The notes beneath the pieces are model-generated. The model had not been told where the DNA came from, did no database searches, and was given only the letters and a program-made list of their open reading frames with translations. A DNA stretch of 64,000 bases from assembly GCA_048937405.1 (NCBI GenBank), contig JBHLNF010000001.1:688785-752784 (forward strand), in the 5' to 3' direction. A program made the position numbers and the translations under genes. This stretch comes from Promethearchaeota archaeon (lineage in GTDB: Archaea; Asgardarchaeota; Lokiarchaeia; Sigyniarchaeales; SOKP01). Below are positions 9,755 to 19,466 of the stretch, in pieces (positions within the stretch are counted from its first letter, which is position 1; each line of letters starts with the position of its first letter).

Positions 9755-11140
9755 GTGAATAGTATGAATTCTGGTTTTGTAAATGATTTTAATATGATTC
9801 TCGCCACGGATTTTTATCAATTAACTATGGGTGCTGCTTATTATCAATATAATCTCGAGAAGAAAATTGATGAAGAAAATGATATTGCTACATTTGAGTT
9901 ATTTATAAGAAAATTTCCTAAAAATCGCAATTATCTGATTTTTGCGGGTTTAGAACAGGCAATTCAATATTTATTAAATGCTAGATTTACAGAGCGTATA
10001 ATACATTTCCTAAGAGAGAAAGAAGTTTTTAAAAATATTGATTCAAGTTTCTTTGAGGAGTACTTACCAAAGTTTAAATTTAATGTGGATGTATGGGCGA
10101 TGAAAGAAGGAAACTACTTCTTTCCAAACGAACCAATTTTGAGAATGCAAGGACCTATTTTTCATGTTCAGATTGCAGAAACATATTTACTTAATGTTAT
10201 TAATTTTCAAACGCTTGTTGCATCTAAAGCTTCGCGAATTAAAAGCTTAGCTCCTGATAAAGTCTTTCTTGAATTTGGAACAAGAAGGTCTCATAGCCCT
10301 CTTGCGGGAGTATATGCCGCAAGAGCAAGCTACATTGCGGGATTTAATGGTACTAGTAATGTTATTGCAGATTTAGAATTAGAAATTAATTCTACAGGTA
10401 CTATGGCTCATAGTTTTGTGCAAAAATTCGATGATGAGTTAGAAAGTTTTAAATCATATTATAAAATATATGATAAGGATTCAATCCTTCTCATAGATAC
10501 ATATGATACTGAAATTGGAGCGAAAAAATCATGCAAATTTGGAAATAATATTAAAGGAGTTAGAATTGATTCAGGAGATCTTATTGATCATGCAAAGAGA
10601 GTTCGGGAGATATTAGATAAAAATGGATGTGATAAAGTAATAATTGTAGCAAGTTCAGATTTAAATGAATATAAGATTAAAGAAATTATTGATAAAAATG
10701 CCCCTATCGATGCTTTTGGTGTAGGAACGGAATTAGCCACTTCTAGTGATGATCCAACAATCTCTGGCGTATATAAGATAATAGAATATAATAATATCCC
10801 TAAAATAAAGATTAGTGAAGAAAAAATTACATATCCTGGGAAAAAACAAGTGTATAGGATTTATGATAAGAAAGGGCTATTCAAAGAGGATATCCTATCC
10901 CTAGAAAATGAAACAATCCCATCTAATGCTGAACCACTGTTAATTCCAGTTATGAAAAATGGCAAACTTTTATCGAAATTACCGAATATAAATGAAATCC
11001 AAAAATTTTATTTATATAATATTAAGAAACTACCTGATTTCTATAAAAAGTTAGAGAAAATTGAAGTTCCTAAAGTAAAGATTTCTAAAAAATTACAACA
11101 ACTTACAAATACTTTAAAAATGAAATATCTTAAGAAATAG
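9755..11140 (+). CDS. pncB: Nicotinate phosphoribosyltransferase
   Basis: LATDFYQLTM, EFGTRR, GTMAHS, LIDTYD, GVRIDSGD, FGVGT. Confidence 0.95.
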   Translation: MNSMNSGFVNDFNMILATDFYQLTMGAAYYQYNLEKKIDEENDIATFELFIRKFPKNRNYLIFAGLEQAIQYLLNARFTERIIHFLREKEVFKNIDSSFFEEYLPKFKFNVDVWAMKEGNYFFPNEPILRMQGPIFHVQIAETYLLNVINFQTLVASKASRIKSLAPDKVFLEFGTRRSHSPLAGVYAARASYIAGFNGTSNVIADLELEINSTGTMAHSFVQKFDDELESFKSYYKIYDKDSILLIDTYDTEIGAKKSCKFGNNIKGVRIDSGDLIDHAKRVREILDKNGCDKVIIVASSDLNEYKIKEIIDKNAPIDAFGVGTELATSSDDPTISGVYKIIEYNNIPKIKISEEKITYPGKKQVYRIYDKKGLFKEDILSLENETIPSNAEPLLIPVMKNGKLLSKLPNINEIQKFYLYNIKKLPDFYKKLEKIEVPKVKISKKLQQLTNTLKMKYLKK

Positions 11141-11157
11141 TCTTTTATTGATTTAAA

Positions 11158-12039
11158 TTAGTTAATTTTAAGATTTACATTTGTCAATTTAAAACTAACA
11201 TCCCATAACTGTTCTGCTATGTTTTTATCATATGATATTTTAACAGATTTCGCTGTTTTTCTTCTTTTAAAGTATTGACCTGTTATTCCATCAATTTCAG
11301 GATTAGATGCTAAATAAACTGAAGTTTTAGCTCCGCGTTTAGGGCTTTTCATAAATAAACCAATTAATGGGTAAAAATATTTAACAAAAGATCGGAACTT
11401 ACGTACCATATTTGTTTTTATAATTCCCGGATGTAAACAATTCACTGTAACTCCAGTCTCCTTAATTTTTCTCGCAAATTCATATGTAAAGAGAACAATC
11501 GCTAATTTGGATTGCCTGTATGCTTTCATTTGCCTATAATGTCTTTCTCCATTTAAATCCTCAAAATTAATAGATTTAGCTTGATAACTTGATGTTACGT
11601 TTACTATTCTAGCTGGAGCACTATCTTTTAAAATATTAAACAATAAATTGCATAGCATATATTGAGCTAAATAATTTACAGCAAAGGTGGTTTCAATCCC
11701 ATCTATTGTTATTTTCCGTTTGCTAAGATTTACTCCTGCATTATTAATTAGTACGTGTAATTTATTATATCTACTTTTAAATTCTGATACAAGATTATGA
11801 ATCTTCCTTTGAGAAGATAAGTCTGCTAAGATCAAATCAATCAATTCATTCCCAGTTTTCTTTTTTATTTCAGCTATAGCTTTTTCTGCTCGGATTTGAT
11901 TACGACATACTAAAACTAATGTAGCACCTAGATGTGCTAATTCTATAGCTGTTGCTTTACCAATTCCCGAATTAGCTCCCGTAATCATGCAGATCTTTCC
12001 TTTCATGATTTTTGGTATACTTTTCATAGTTTTAGTCAT
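11158..12039 (-). CDS. Short-chain dehydrogenase/reductase (retinol-dehydrogenase-like)
   Basis: TGANSGIG, LINNAG, YRQSK, HPG. Confidence 0.9.
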   Translation of the reverse strand: MTKTMKSIPKIMKGKICMITGANSGIGKATAIELAHLGATLVLVCRNQIRAEKAIAEIKKKTGNELIDLILADLSSQRKIHNLVSEFKSRYNKLHVLINNAGVNLSKRKITIDGIETTFAVNYLAQYMLCNLLFNILKDSAPARIVNVTSSYQAKSINFEDLNGERHYRQMKAYRQSKLAIVLFTYEFARKIKETGVTVNCLHPGIIKTNMVRKFRSFVKYFYPLIGLFMKSPKRGAKTSVYLASNPEIDGITGQYFKRRKTAKSVKISYDKNIAEQLWDVSFKLTNVNLKIN

Positions 12040-12198
12040 TATTCATATCCCCAGTTAAATTTTCAAATCTTATTTCAAAGAAGAGGTCTATATTAGAATA
12101 TAAATTAGTATTAATAAAATCTCCTTCCTAACCCGGATTAATTATTTCATAAAGATAGTAAGTTAATCGTGAAGTGTCTTTGAAAAACTGGTAAGAAA

Positions 12199-13146
12199 CT
12201 ATATCCTTGAAATCTTTCGAACATTCTTTATTATAAATCCCCAATAATTATCTTTTACTAATTTTCCGCTGAAATTAATCAGATCTCCATTTTTAAAGAA
12301 ATATTCACTCTGAAGTCTTTCAGAAATTCTCACTTTTAAGTTTTCAACATTCTTAATATCCATTTCACTAAAATCACTTTTTTTTTTCAATTTTGGACCA
12401 AACTTCACATCTTTTAGCGAAACTATAAAAAATTTCGTAATATTTCCCTGAAATTCAGATTCTCTTTCAATAATCTCTGTGATTTCGCCTTCATACACTG
12501 TTATTGATGTCTCTAAATAACTCATGAGTTTCACACCTGATGATGATTCATCAATTAAAACTACAGCTTTCCTTAGTTTATCTCCTTTTTTCCCCGTATG
12601 ACCTTCAACTAATTTTATTGACTTAATTTTTTCTTCAAAATCATGAGGTAGAGTTGTTAGAGACCAATCTTTTTGTTTAAACCATTTTTGTTTTAATGAA
12701 TAAATAAATCCTACCCAAAAATGACTGCAGAACCCCCTATTTGCCCCTATTCGACAATCACAATCACGTTCAGGATTTTGAATATTTTGCGGAGTAATTG
12801 ATAAATAGGATTGAACTTCCCAATTAAAACCTTTGAAGAGCAATTCTATTTCATGATTATCAGGATTAACGATTTTTATTTCTTCAATAGTTTCTCTATC
12901 TTCCCCATTAATCTTTTTTAAAGCTAAATTAATACCATCAGTTATAATCTCAAGTTCTTTTATTTGTAAAAGATCTTTAAACTCTTCTTCTGCTAATGAA
13001 TCAAGGATAAAATCAATTAGCTCAGATTTCTTGAATTTTGAAAATCCTTTTATTTCAAAATTTCGGCAGATTTGTTTCAATTCATCAACATTTAAGTATT
13101 GTAAAAGAAAATTCAAGTAAGTTCTATCATCAATTTCTCTATTCAT
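12199..13146 (-). CDS. Putative nucleic-acid-binding protein: HeH/Rho_N-like helix pair + SWIM zinc finger + C-terminal OB-like beta domain
   Basis: LNVDELKQICRNFEIKGFSKFKKSELIDFIL; CDC-x8-CSH. Confidence 0.6.
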   Translation of the reverse strand: MNREIDDRTYLNFLLQYLNVDELKQICRNFEIKGFSKFKKSELIDFILDSLAEEEFKDLLQIKELEIITDGINLALKKINGEDRETIEEIKIVNPDNHEIELLFKGFNWEVQSYLSITPQNIQNPERDCDCRIGANRGFCSHFWVGFIYSLKQKWFKQKDWSLTTLPHDFEEKIKSIKLVEGHTGKKGDKLRKAVVLIDESSSGVKLMSYLETSITVYEGEITEIIERESEFQGNITKFFIVSLKDVKFGPKLKKKSDFSEMDIKNVENLKVRISERLQSEYFFKNGDLINFSGKLVKDNYWGFIIKNVRKISRI

Positions 13147-13319
13147 TTAATTTTAAGCCTAAAAATTATAAATTGTGAAATTTCCAAGTATTAATTGAAT
13201 TTATTGCTTATAATTATAACTATTGCATAACAAGTTTTAGAATATTAGGACTCCGATTAAAAAAGTAAAATGTTCAAAATTGTCTATTTTAAATCAAAAG
13301 AAAAAAAGTCTTAAAATAT

Positions 13320-13934
13320 TTAATTTGACATAGTCCCTTTAACAAGAACTTCTGTTAAATTTTTAATAAGTTCTTCTTCTTCAACCTCAAAACCACTCCG
13401 AATCCACCAAATAAAAACTCCAAGTACTGTAGATGTCCAGATTCTTGCCGTTATTTTAGGATTTTGACTACGAGCGCCAAATTCTATCAGTCTTAATATA
13501 AGTTTTTCTACCTCATCTGTAAAATTGTCAAGAATCTCATTTCTTTTATCTCGATATTTCTGATCCATTCCTCCCATTTGCTCAAAAAAAATTAAAAAAC
13601 TCTCTTTTTTTTCTTTAAACATCTTTGCATACCCTCGAAAAAGATTTTTAACAGCAGAAATTGGGGGGAATCTATTTTCCTGAAAATAAATGAATAATTC
13701 TTTAAATTTATTAACCATAAGTTCAGTTAAGCCACTAATTATAACTTCGATAACCTCTTCTTTGCTTTTAAAATAATTATAGAAGTTTCCCACAGATGTT
13801 CCAGCCTTTTTTGTGATGTCTTTTATACGAGTATTGTGAAATCCTTTCTCTTCAAAAACAGAGAGAGACGAGATAATAAACAAATTTCTTTTCTCTTTTT
13901 TAATAATTTCTGCCTTCTTTGCTCTCAACGACAA
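13320..13934 (-). CDS. TetR/AcrR family transcriptional regulator
   Basis: FEEKGFHNTRIKDITKKAGTSVGNFYNYFKSKEE helix-turn-helix. Confidence 0.92.
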   Translation of the reverse strand: MSLRAKKAEIIKKEKRNLFIISSLSVFEEKGFHNTRIKDITKKAGTSVGNFYNYFKSKEEVIEVIISGLTELMVNKFKELFIYFQENRFPPISAVKNLFRGYAKMFKEKKESFLIFFEQMGGMDQKYRDKRNEILDNFTDEVEKLILRLIEFGARSQNPKITARIWTSTVLGVFIWWIRSGFEVEEEELIKNLTEVLVKGTMSN

Positions 13935-14256
13935 TTTTAGTCAACTCAAAAATAATGAATTGTCAATATTATATCAAAATTCGTTTAAATTATTATTACA
14001 TGTAAGAAATTATGTTAAAATTTATTACTTATTAATTTTCAATTTAAAAAGATTTATTAAGCTTCTTAAAGCTCTGGAGTCCATTTCCTTTTATTAATTC
14101 ATAACTACCTATTAGATCTAAGAATAAAAATAAAATAAAAGAAATGGATAAAAATAAATTCTTTTAGAAACTGGTTTCGCGATTGAAATTATTAAATTAA
14201 CATAAATTTCATATCTTTTTTAATTAAATTCTTAAATAATTATGATAATAACTTAA

Positions 14257-14282
14257 TAAATGAACGTTCATTCAGTGAATGA
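14257..14282. promoter_or_regulatory. Overlapping palindromes, candidate TetR operator
   Basis: TAAATGAACGTTCATTCA (perfect 14-bp core AATGAACGTTCATT) overlapping TCATTCA-G-TGAATGA, in the divergent intergenic region upstream of tetR. Confidence 0.5.
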
Positions 14283-14421
14283 GGATTCGGTAAAAACTAC
14301 TAATTTATCTCCATTGCAAGTGTAGGAAAAAATTTATATACTTACCTATCTTTAATAATCGAAATAATTATTTAATTAAAAAAACGTTTGAATAAAACAT
14401 AATAATGGTGACTTTACTAAA

Positions 14422-14634
14422 GTGAGTAAATTTAAACCAGACTTCTTAGTAAAATATTTTGGTGAAATTAAATTCGCTGAACAGAATAGTCTAACTTTAA
14501 ATGATTTCGAACTTGCATTAAAAAAATATCTTTCAGGGAAAGTTAAATTACCCCATGGACACTATAAATTCGGGGAAATTGATAATTCATCTGTAAAGGA
14601 TTTTAAACAATCATTTTTGAACTATTTTGAATAA
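14422..14634 (+). CDS. Small hypothetical protein
   Basis: 70-aa ORF with GTG start and GGTGA SD-like sequence upstream. Confidence 0.55.
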   Translation: MSKFKPDFLVKYFGEIKFAEQNSLTLNDFELALKKYLSGKVKLPHGHYKFGEIDNSSVKDFKQSFLNYFE

Positions 14635-14747
14635 TAAAATTAATGAATTTTTAGATTACATTTTCTAATTATTATCTTATTTTATATTTATCCTTATTTT
14701 AATCCTATTTCATTAAATGTTAAATAATTCTCTACATTTTTGCATCT

Positions 14748-15584
14748 ATGACAAATTTGAATGGAATAGAAGAGAAATATATTGAAACTAATGGGATAAA
14801 ACTTCATACTATAATTGCTGGATTTGGAAAGCCGCTAATCTTATTACATGGATTTCCAGAATTCTGGTATTGTTGGTCAAGAATTATTCCTCTCCTAAAA
14901 GACAACTTTAAATTAATAATCCCTGATATGAGAGGGTATAATTTATCTGATAAACCAGAGGGTACAGAAAATTATAAAATAGAAATTATATTGGAGGATA
15001 TCAAGGGTTTAAGTGAAAAATTGAAATTAGGAAAATTTTCACTAGCAGGACATGATTGGGGAGGTGTAGTGTCTTGGATATTTGCCGAAAAATATCCAAA
15101 ACTTTTAGAAAAATTAATTATACTAAATGCTCCACACAATAAATTATTCGCACAAACTCTAAAAACAAATAAAGAGCAACAAAAACGAAGTTCTTATATT
15201 TTAAGATTTCAACAACAAAATGGTGAGAAGTATTTAATAGAAAATAACTACGAAGCATTAAAAAATATAGTCTTTAATGATAATTTTAGTGAATTAGATA
15301 AGCAGAAATATCTTGAAGCATGGTCTCAACCTGGAGCAATATTAGGTGGGGTGAACTATTATAGGGCAAAAAATAACAATAATGATTGGTCTGGAATAAT
15401 TGAAGTTCCAACCTTAGTTCTTTGGGGTATGAATGATTTGGCATTAACACCACAATTATTAGAAGGCTTATCTGATTATGTCAAGGATTTGCGAATTGAA
15501 AAACATGAAAAATCTACTCATTGGATTACTCATGACGCTCCTGAGTTTGTAGCTTCAAAAATTTTAGAATTCATCCAAAATTAA
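14748..15584 (+). CDS. Alpha/beta hydrolase, epoxide hydrolase-like
   Basis: LLHGFPE, PDMRGYN, GHDWGG, NYYRA, catalytic His in THW. Confidence 0.9.
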   Translation: MTNLNGIEEKYIETNGIKLHTIIAGFGKPLILLHGFPEFWYCWSRIIPLLKDNFKLIIPDMRGYNLSDKPEGTENYKIEIILEDIKGLSEKLKLGKFSLAGHDWGGVVSWIFAEKYPKLLEKLIILNAPHNKLFAQTLKTNKEQQKRSSYILRFQQQNGEKYLIENNYEALKNIVFNDNFSELDKQKYLEAWSQPGAILGGVNYYRAKNNNNDWSGIIEVPTLVLWGMNDLALTPQLLEGLSDYVKDLRIEKHEKSTHWITHDAPEFVASKILEFIQN

Positions 15585-15803
15585 ATTTTCTTATAAGGAT
15601 TTCCTCTATTTTATTATAAATAAATCTCAATTAATTATTTTTAAAATGAGCAAGAAATCTATGAATTACATTATTTCCTGAAAATTATATAATAAAATAA
15701 ATAAATTTATTAGGTTCTATTGTTGGTTACAAAATAGCAGTTTTTAAAAAAAGTTTATTTTATTCAATGCATTTTATCAATTAGCTAAAAAATTGTATTA
15801 AAA

Positions 15804-16271
15804 ATGGAAGAAGACGATAAACAATTCTGTTGGGCTACTAAACTTGATTGGTTAAATATTCTATCAATGCTTAATCTTGAAAGTATTAGTCAGATCCCTG
15901 AATTAAAAAAAGATAGAGCAATTAAAAGAATTACCAAATTCTACAGTACAGAAGAACTTCTGGAATTTGACCCGAGTTATTTGGATAAACTTGTCGTAAA
16001 TGAATTAAGAGAATTAATGAAAAAAGAATTACTTCAAAATGAGAGAGAAAAAGAAAGAATGGAAAAAGCATTTCGTAATAAAGTAATACCAATGAAGAGA
16101 GGGGGTATTATACGTATTGATCCTCGTGATTTTAAAGATCTTAAAGATTTTGAAGGTGACCCTGAGAAAATGATGAAGTACTTTTATAAAAAATTGTTGG
16201 GAAGTGATGATGATGACAAAGATGACGACAAGGATAAATACAAAGAAGATAATACTGGATATTATATATAA
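15804..16271 (+). CDS. Hypothetical protein with acidic/charged C-terminus
   Basis: 155-aa ORF ending DDDDKDDDKDKYKEDNTGYYI. Confidence 0.6.
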   Translation: MEEDDKQFCWATKLDWLNILSMLNLESISQIPELKKDRAIKRITKFYSTEELLEFDPSYLDKLVVNELRELMKKELLQNEREKERMEKAFRNKVIPMKRGGIIRIDPRDFKDLKDFEGDPEKMMKYFYKKLLGSDDDDKDDDKDKYKEDNTGYYI

Positions 16272-16395
16272 ACTCTTTATTTAATTCTAAATTCATTCTT
16301 TCAATAAAAAATGTTTAAAAGAGTTTTATTTTTCAAATAATTATAGAGTTTTAATATCTAATATCATCTGAAAGATTATCATAACAATTGATCAA

Positions 16396-17586
16396 TTAAG
16401 CTAATATATAATTATCCAATGTTCTTAGCGTTTTCTCAAATTTTTGGTAAATATTAACATCTACAATAGGAAAGAGATTACACAATTTTATTCTTAAATC
16501 CTTTTCTTTTATAACACATGACTTTATAGGTTCTTTCCCTCGTAAAATCAAATACAATAATGGTTTTTGAGGAATTGATGAAAGAACTTCGTTACTTAGA
16601 CTTTTTAATGAAAGAGATAATTTATTAATTATAAATTTTTCAAGATCTTTCCTTTTTGTAAATTCATATGTAAGATAAACTGTTTCCCATATATATCTAC
16701 GATTTTTTAAATGGATTATTTTTACGTTTTTTACAAATTTTTCGGACTTTTTTGATATTTCTACTAAAAAGATCCCTCGCTTAAATGAATTATCGATAGA
16801 ACAGGTAGCTTCTGAAGATCCAGGGTTAAATATCCAATTCTCAAGTATAAATTGTTTATGAAAATGTCCCAAAGCTAAATAGTCTATACGATGTCTTAAT
16901 GGCTGAATATCTTTTAAATTGACTCCAGGAACATTATCCATCTGACCCTCGATGCCAAAATGCTGTAATAAAATGTTAAATGTCCCATTATTTTTGGCTA
17001 ACTCTCTTCTTATTTTAGAAAGAAAAGAAATAGGATTTTCACCGAGATATTGTGTACCATAAATCATTATATTCTTAATTTGTATCTTACCACCTTTTCG
17101 TATTTCAAAATTGTAGGGAATAAACATTTCTTTTGGGGATAAGTCAAAGTCAACATCTAGAAGAATAATCAACCCAAGACTATTAAGTAATTTTAACCAT
17201 GACTGACTTCTTTTCTCGAATCTAATTCCTCTGGAAAATTTGCGGATATCATGATTACCTTCTATTGATATTATTGGGATATTACCTTTTGTAAAAATTT
17301 GAAAGTCTCTCAAAATGTTAATTATTTTAGTCAATAATCCAGGAAGCATTTCTAAGGAAGTAAATACATCCCCCCCAAATATTATAAAATCAACATAATG
17401 TTCAATAGTTAGTTCTAAAATTTCTTTAAAAGCATTGAAGAAATCATTTGCTCTATCTTTATTTCGATATTGAGCTGCTCCTAGATGAATATCACTGGCA
17501 TGGATAAATTTAGTTATATCGGGGGTTTTAGTTCTTCGAAATATTGAACTCCTGAATTTTTTATTAAAATGGTTTTCATTTGTCAT
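16396..17586 (-). CDS. Mre11/SbcD-like metallophosphoesterase nuclease
   Basis: SDIHLG, GGDVF, GNHD, QHFG, LGHFH, NPGS. Confidence 0.85.
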   Translation of the reverse strand: MTNENHFNKKFRSSIFRRTKTPDITKFIHASDIHLGAAQYRNKDRANDFFNAFKEILELTIEHYVDFIIFGGDVFTSLEMLPGLLTKIINILRDFQIFTKGNIPIISIEGNHDIRKFSRGIRFEKRSQSWLKLLNSLGLIILLDVDFDLSPKEMFIPYNFEIRKGGKIQIKNIMIYGTQYLGENPISFLSKIRRELAKNNGTFNILLQHFGIEGQMDNVPGVNLKDIQPLRHRIDYLALGHFHKQFILENWIFNPGSSEATCSIDNSFKRGIFLVEISKKSEKFVKNVKIIHLKNRRYIWETVYLTYEFTKRKDLEKFIINKLSLSLKSLSNEVLSSIPQKPLLYLILRGKEPIKSCVIKEKDLRIKLCNLFPIVDVNIYQKFEKTLRTLDNYILA

Positions 17587-17760
17587 TAAAAATAGAATTT
17601 TTATTAATTATAAGCAAATATAATTCTATATCGAAATCAGCTTTTTAAGTATGAGTAGTCATGTAAAAAAGTAATAAAAAATCATAATGATAAAAAATAA
17701 TATTATAATGGTTCTTGAATTATTCAACATACCATAATCTCTATGTGAATTAACTATAAA

Positions 17761-18336
17761 ATGGATAATAAAGAACCTAAATATGATATTGGTGTAATTC
17801 ATGGAAGATTCCAAATATTACATAATGATCACATAAAATATCTCTTAGCTGGAAAAGAATTATGTAATCATCTAATAGTAGGTATTACAAATCCAGATCC
17901 CTTCTTAACAAGAGACACCAAAACAAATCCCCATCGAAGCACTCCAATAGCTAACCCATTAACTTATTATGAACGCTATTTAATAGTGCAAGCTGCATTA
18001 TTAGAACAGGGTTTAAAATATTCTAAATTTTCAATAGTTCCTTTTCCCATTAATATTCCAGAATTGATTAAATATTATGTTCCATTCGATGGAGTCTTCT
18101 TTTTAACTATTTATGATGAGTGGGGTAGAAAAAAAAAACAATTCTTTGAATCTCTAGGATTAAAAATTCATGTTTTATGGGAAGTAAAAATTGAGAATAA
18201 AGGATTAAGCTCAAGTGATATTCGTAAAGCAATGATACGAGATGAAGATTGGGAACAATTTTTACCTCAATCCGTTACCAAACTCTTGAAAAAATGGGAA
18301 ATTCCAATTAGATTAAAAAAAATGAAAACACAATGA
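17761..18336 (+). CDS. Nicotinamide/nicotinate-nucleotide adenylyltransferase-like (cytidyltransferase superfamily)
   Basis: GRFQILHNDH (HxGH-like), NPLTYYER, SSSDIR. Confidence 0.8.
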   Translation: MDNKEPKYDIGVIHGRFQILHNDHIKYLLAGKELCNHLIVGITNPDPFLTRDTKTNPHRSTPIANPLTYYERYLIVQAALLEQGLKYSKFSIVPFPINIPELIKYYVPFDGVFFLTIYDEWGRKKKQFFESLGLKIHVLWEVKIENKGLSSSDIRKAMIRDEDWEQFLPQSVTKLLKKWEIPIRLKKMKTQ

Positions 18337-18559
18337 TAATATTTCTATAATTTACATTTTTATAGAATTTTTTACTCTTTTTCATTTGTTAATATGAACT
18401 GTATAATTGTAATAAGAAAAAATATTTTAAAAAAATCAGAATTTTAAAATCAAAAACAGACTAATTTGTATATAGATAAACTAATAAGAAGATAGTTTTT
18501 TATTCATTAACAACCAATTTTTTTTAAGTAAAAATTAAAATTGTTCTCATTGGTGAACA

Positions 18560-19306
18560 TTAACGTTATTCCAAGCGGAAATAGCACGATTTATACTAAT
18601 TTACATTTTCTTAGGTATTTTAGCAGTTTATTTCTCAATAATTGCCTTTAAAGTCTTAAAGAGAAAAAAACAACGTTTAAATCTAATTATTAGTGGATTT
18701 TATATCAGTCTCTCCACAGGTTTTTATTTAAACATGGTCTATGCCACGATAACTGAACCAATTACTATTTTAATACTTAATTTTTTAACTAATTTCTTTA
18801 TTTTTTTTGGCACAATATTTCTTCTTATCGCAAATTTGATAATACTGGAATCGACTCTTATTTATTCAATAAAAAGACAAAATAAGTTTATTTTATTCTA
18901 TGGAATCTTACTTTTCACAGGTATGTTATTATTAGTAATATTAGGAATATTCTTTGATAATCCAAGTAGTCCGTTTTTAGGAGTCAAAATAATTGGTGTT
19001 GTTCCAAAATGGGGTCCTATTTTTTTTACCTATATAATTTCGATAGTGACTGTTTTTACCCTTATTCCAATAAATTATACGAATTTTAAAATCTTTTTTC
19101 GATTTGAAACTATTGCTTTGAAAAGAAAATGGTTTTATCACTTAGTAGGCTTTTTAGGGATAACAGTGATTTTTTATTTATCGTGCATTTTTAATATTTT
19201 GGATCCTGGACATCCTTTAAAATTGATAATTATATTATTGCATATGTCATTAATAATCTGGGGTTATTTGATGTATTATGGAATTGGAATTAAATTTAAA
19301 GATTGA
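18560..19306 (+). CDS. Multi-pass (about 7TM) membrane protein, paralog of 21288-22007; frame extends about 58 codons upstream of the ATG at 18734
   Basis: Frame is open from 18557; LTLFQAEIARFILIYIFLG...KVLKRKKQRLNLIISGFY aligns with the paralog's MSFYQLSIPRFFTVYIAQG...KILKRDTKRLNLIFTGFY; shared LKxKW and YLMYxG motifs. Confidence 0.7.
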   Translation, partial: LTLFQAEIARFILIYIFLGILAVYFSIIAFKVLKRKKQRLNLIISGFYISLSTGFYLNMVYATITEPITILILNFLTNFFIFFGTIFLLIANLIILESTLIYSIKRQNKFILFYGILLFTGMLLLVILGIFFDNPSSPFLGVKIIGVVPKWGPIFFTYIISIVTVFTLIPINYTNFKIFFRFETIALKRKWFYHLVGFLGITVIFYLSCIFNILDPGHPLKLIIILLHMSLIIWGYLMYYGIGIKFKD

Positions 19307-19466
19307 TATTGAATCCTTATATCTTGAAATAAATATTCATTTTTTTTTTTAGGAATTTTTATGACATAACTTATTTTGTTTTTTTTTTCACGGGAAAAAA
19401 AGGAAAATTTTATATATTCTTTCAAAAAGACTTAATTATCTGAATAAAATTTAATGGGATATTAAG

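Noticed and set aside
9755-18336. Linking pncB and the NMN adenylyltransferase-like gene to the TIR NADases as an NAD-restoring module
   Set aside because: They are ordinary salvage genes 15-25 kb away with no operon link.
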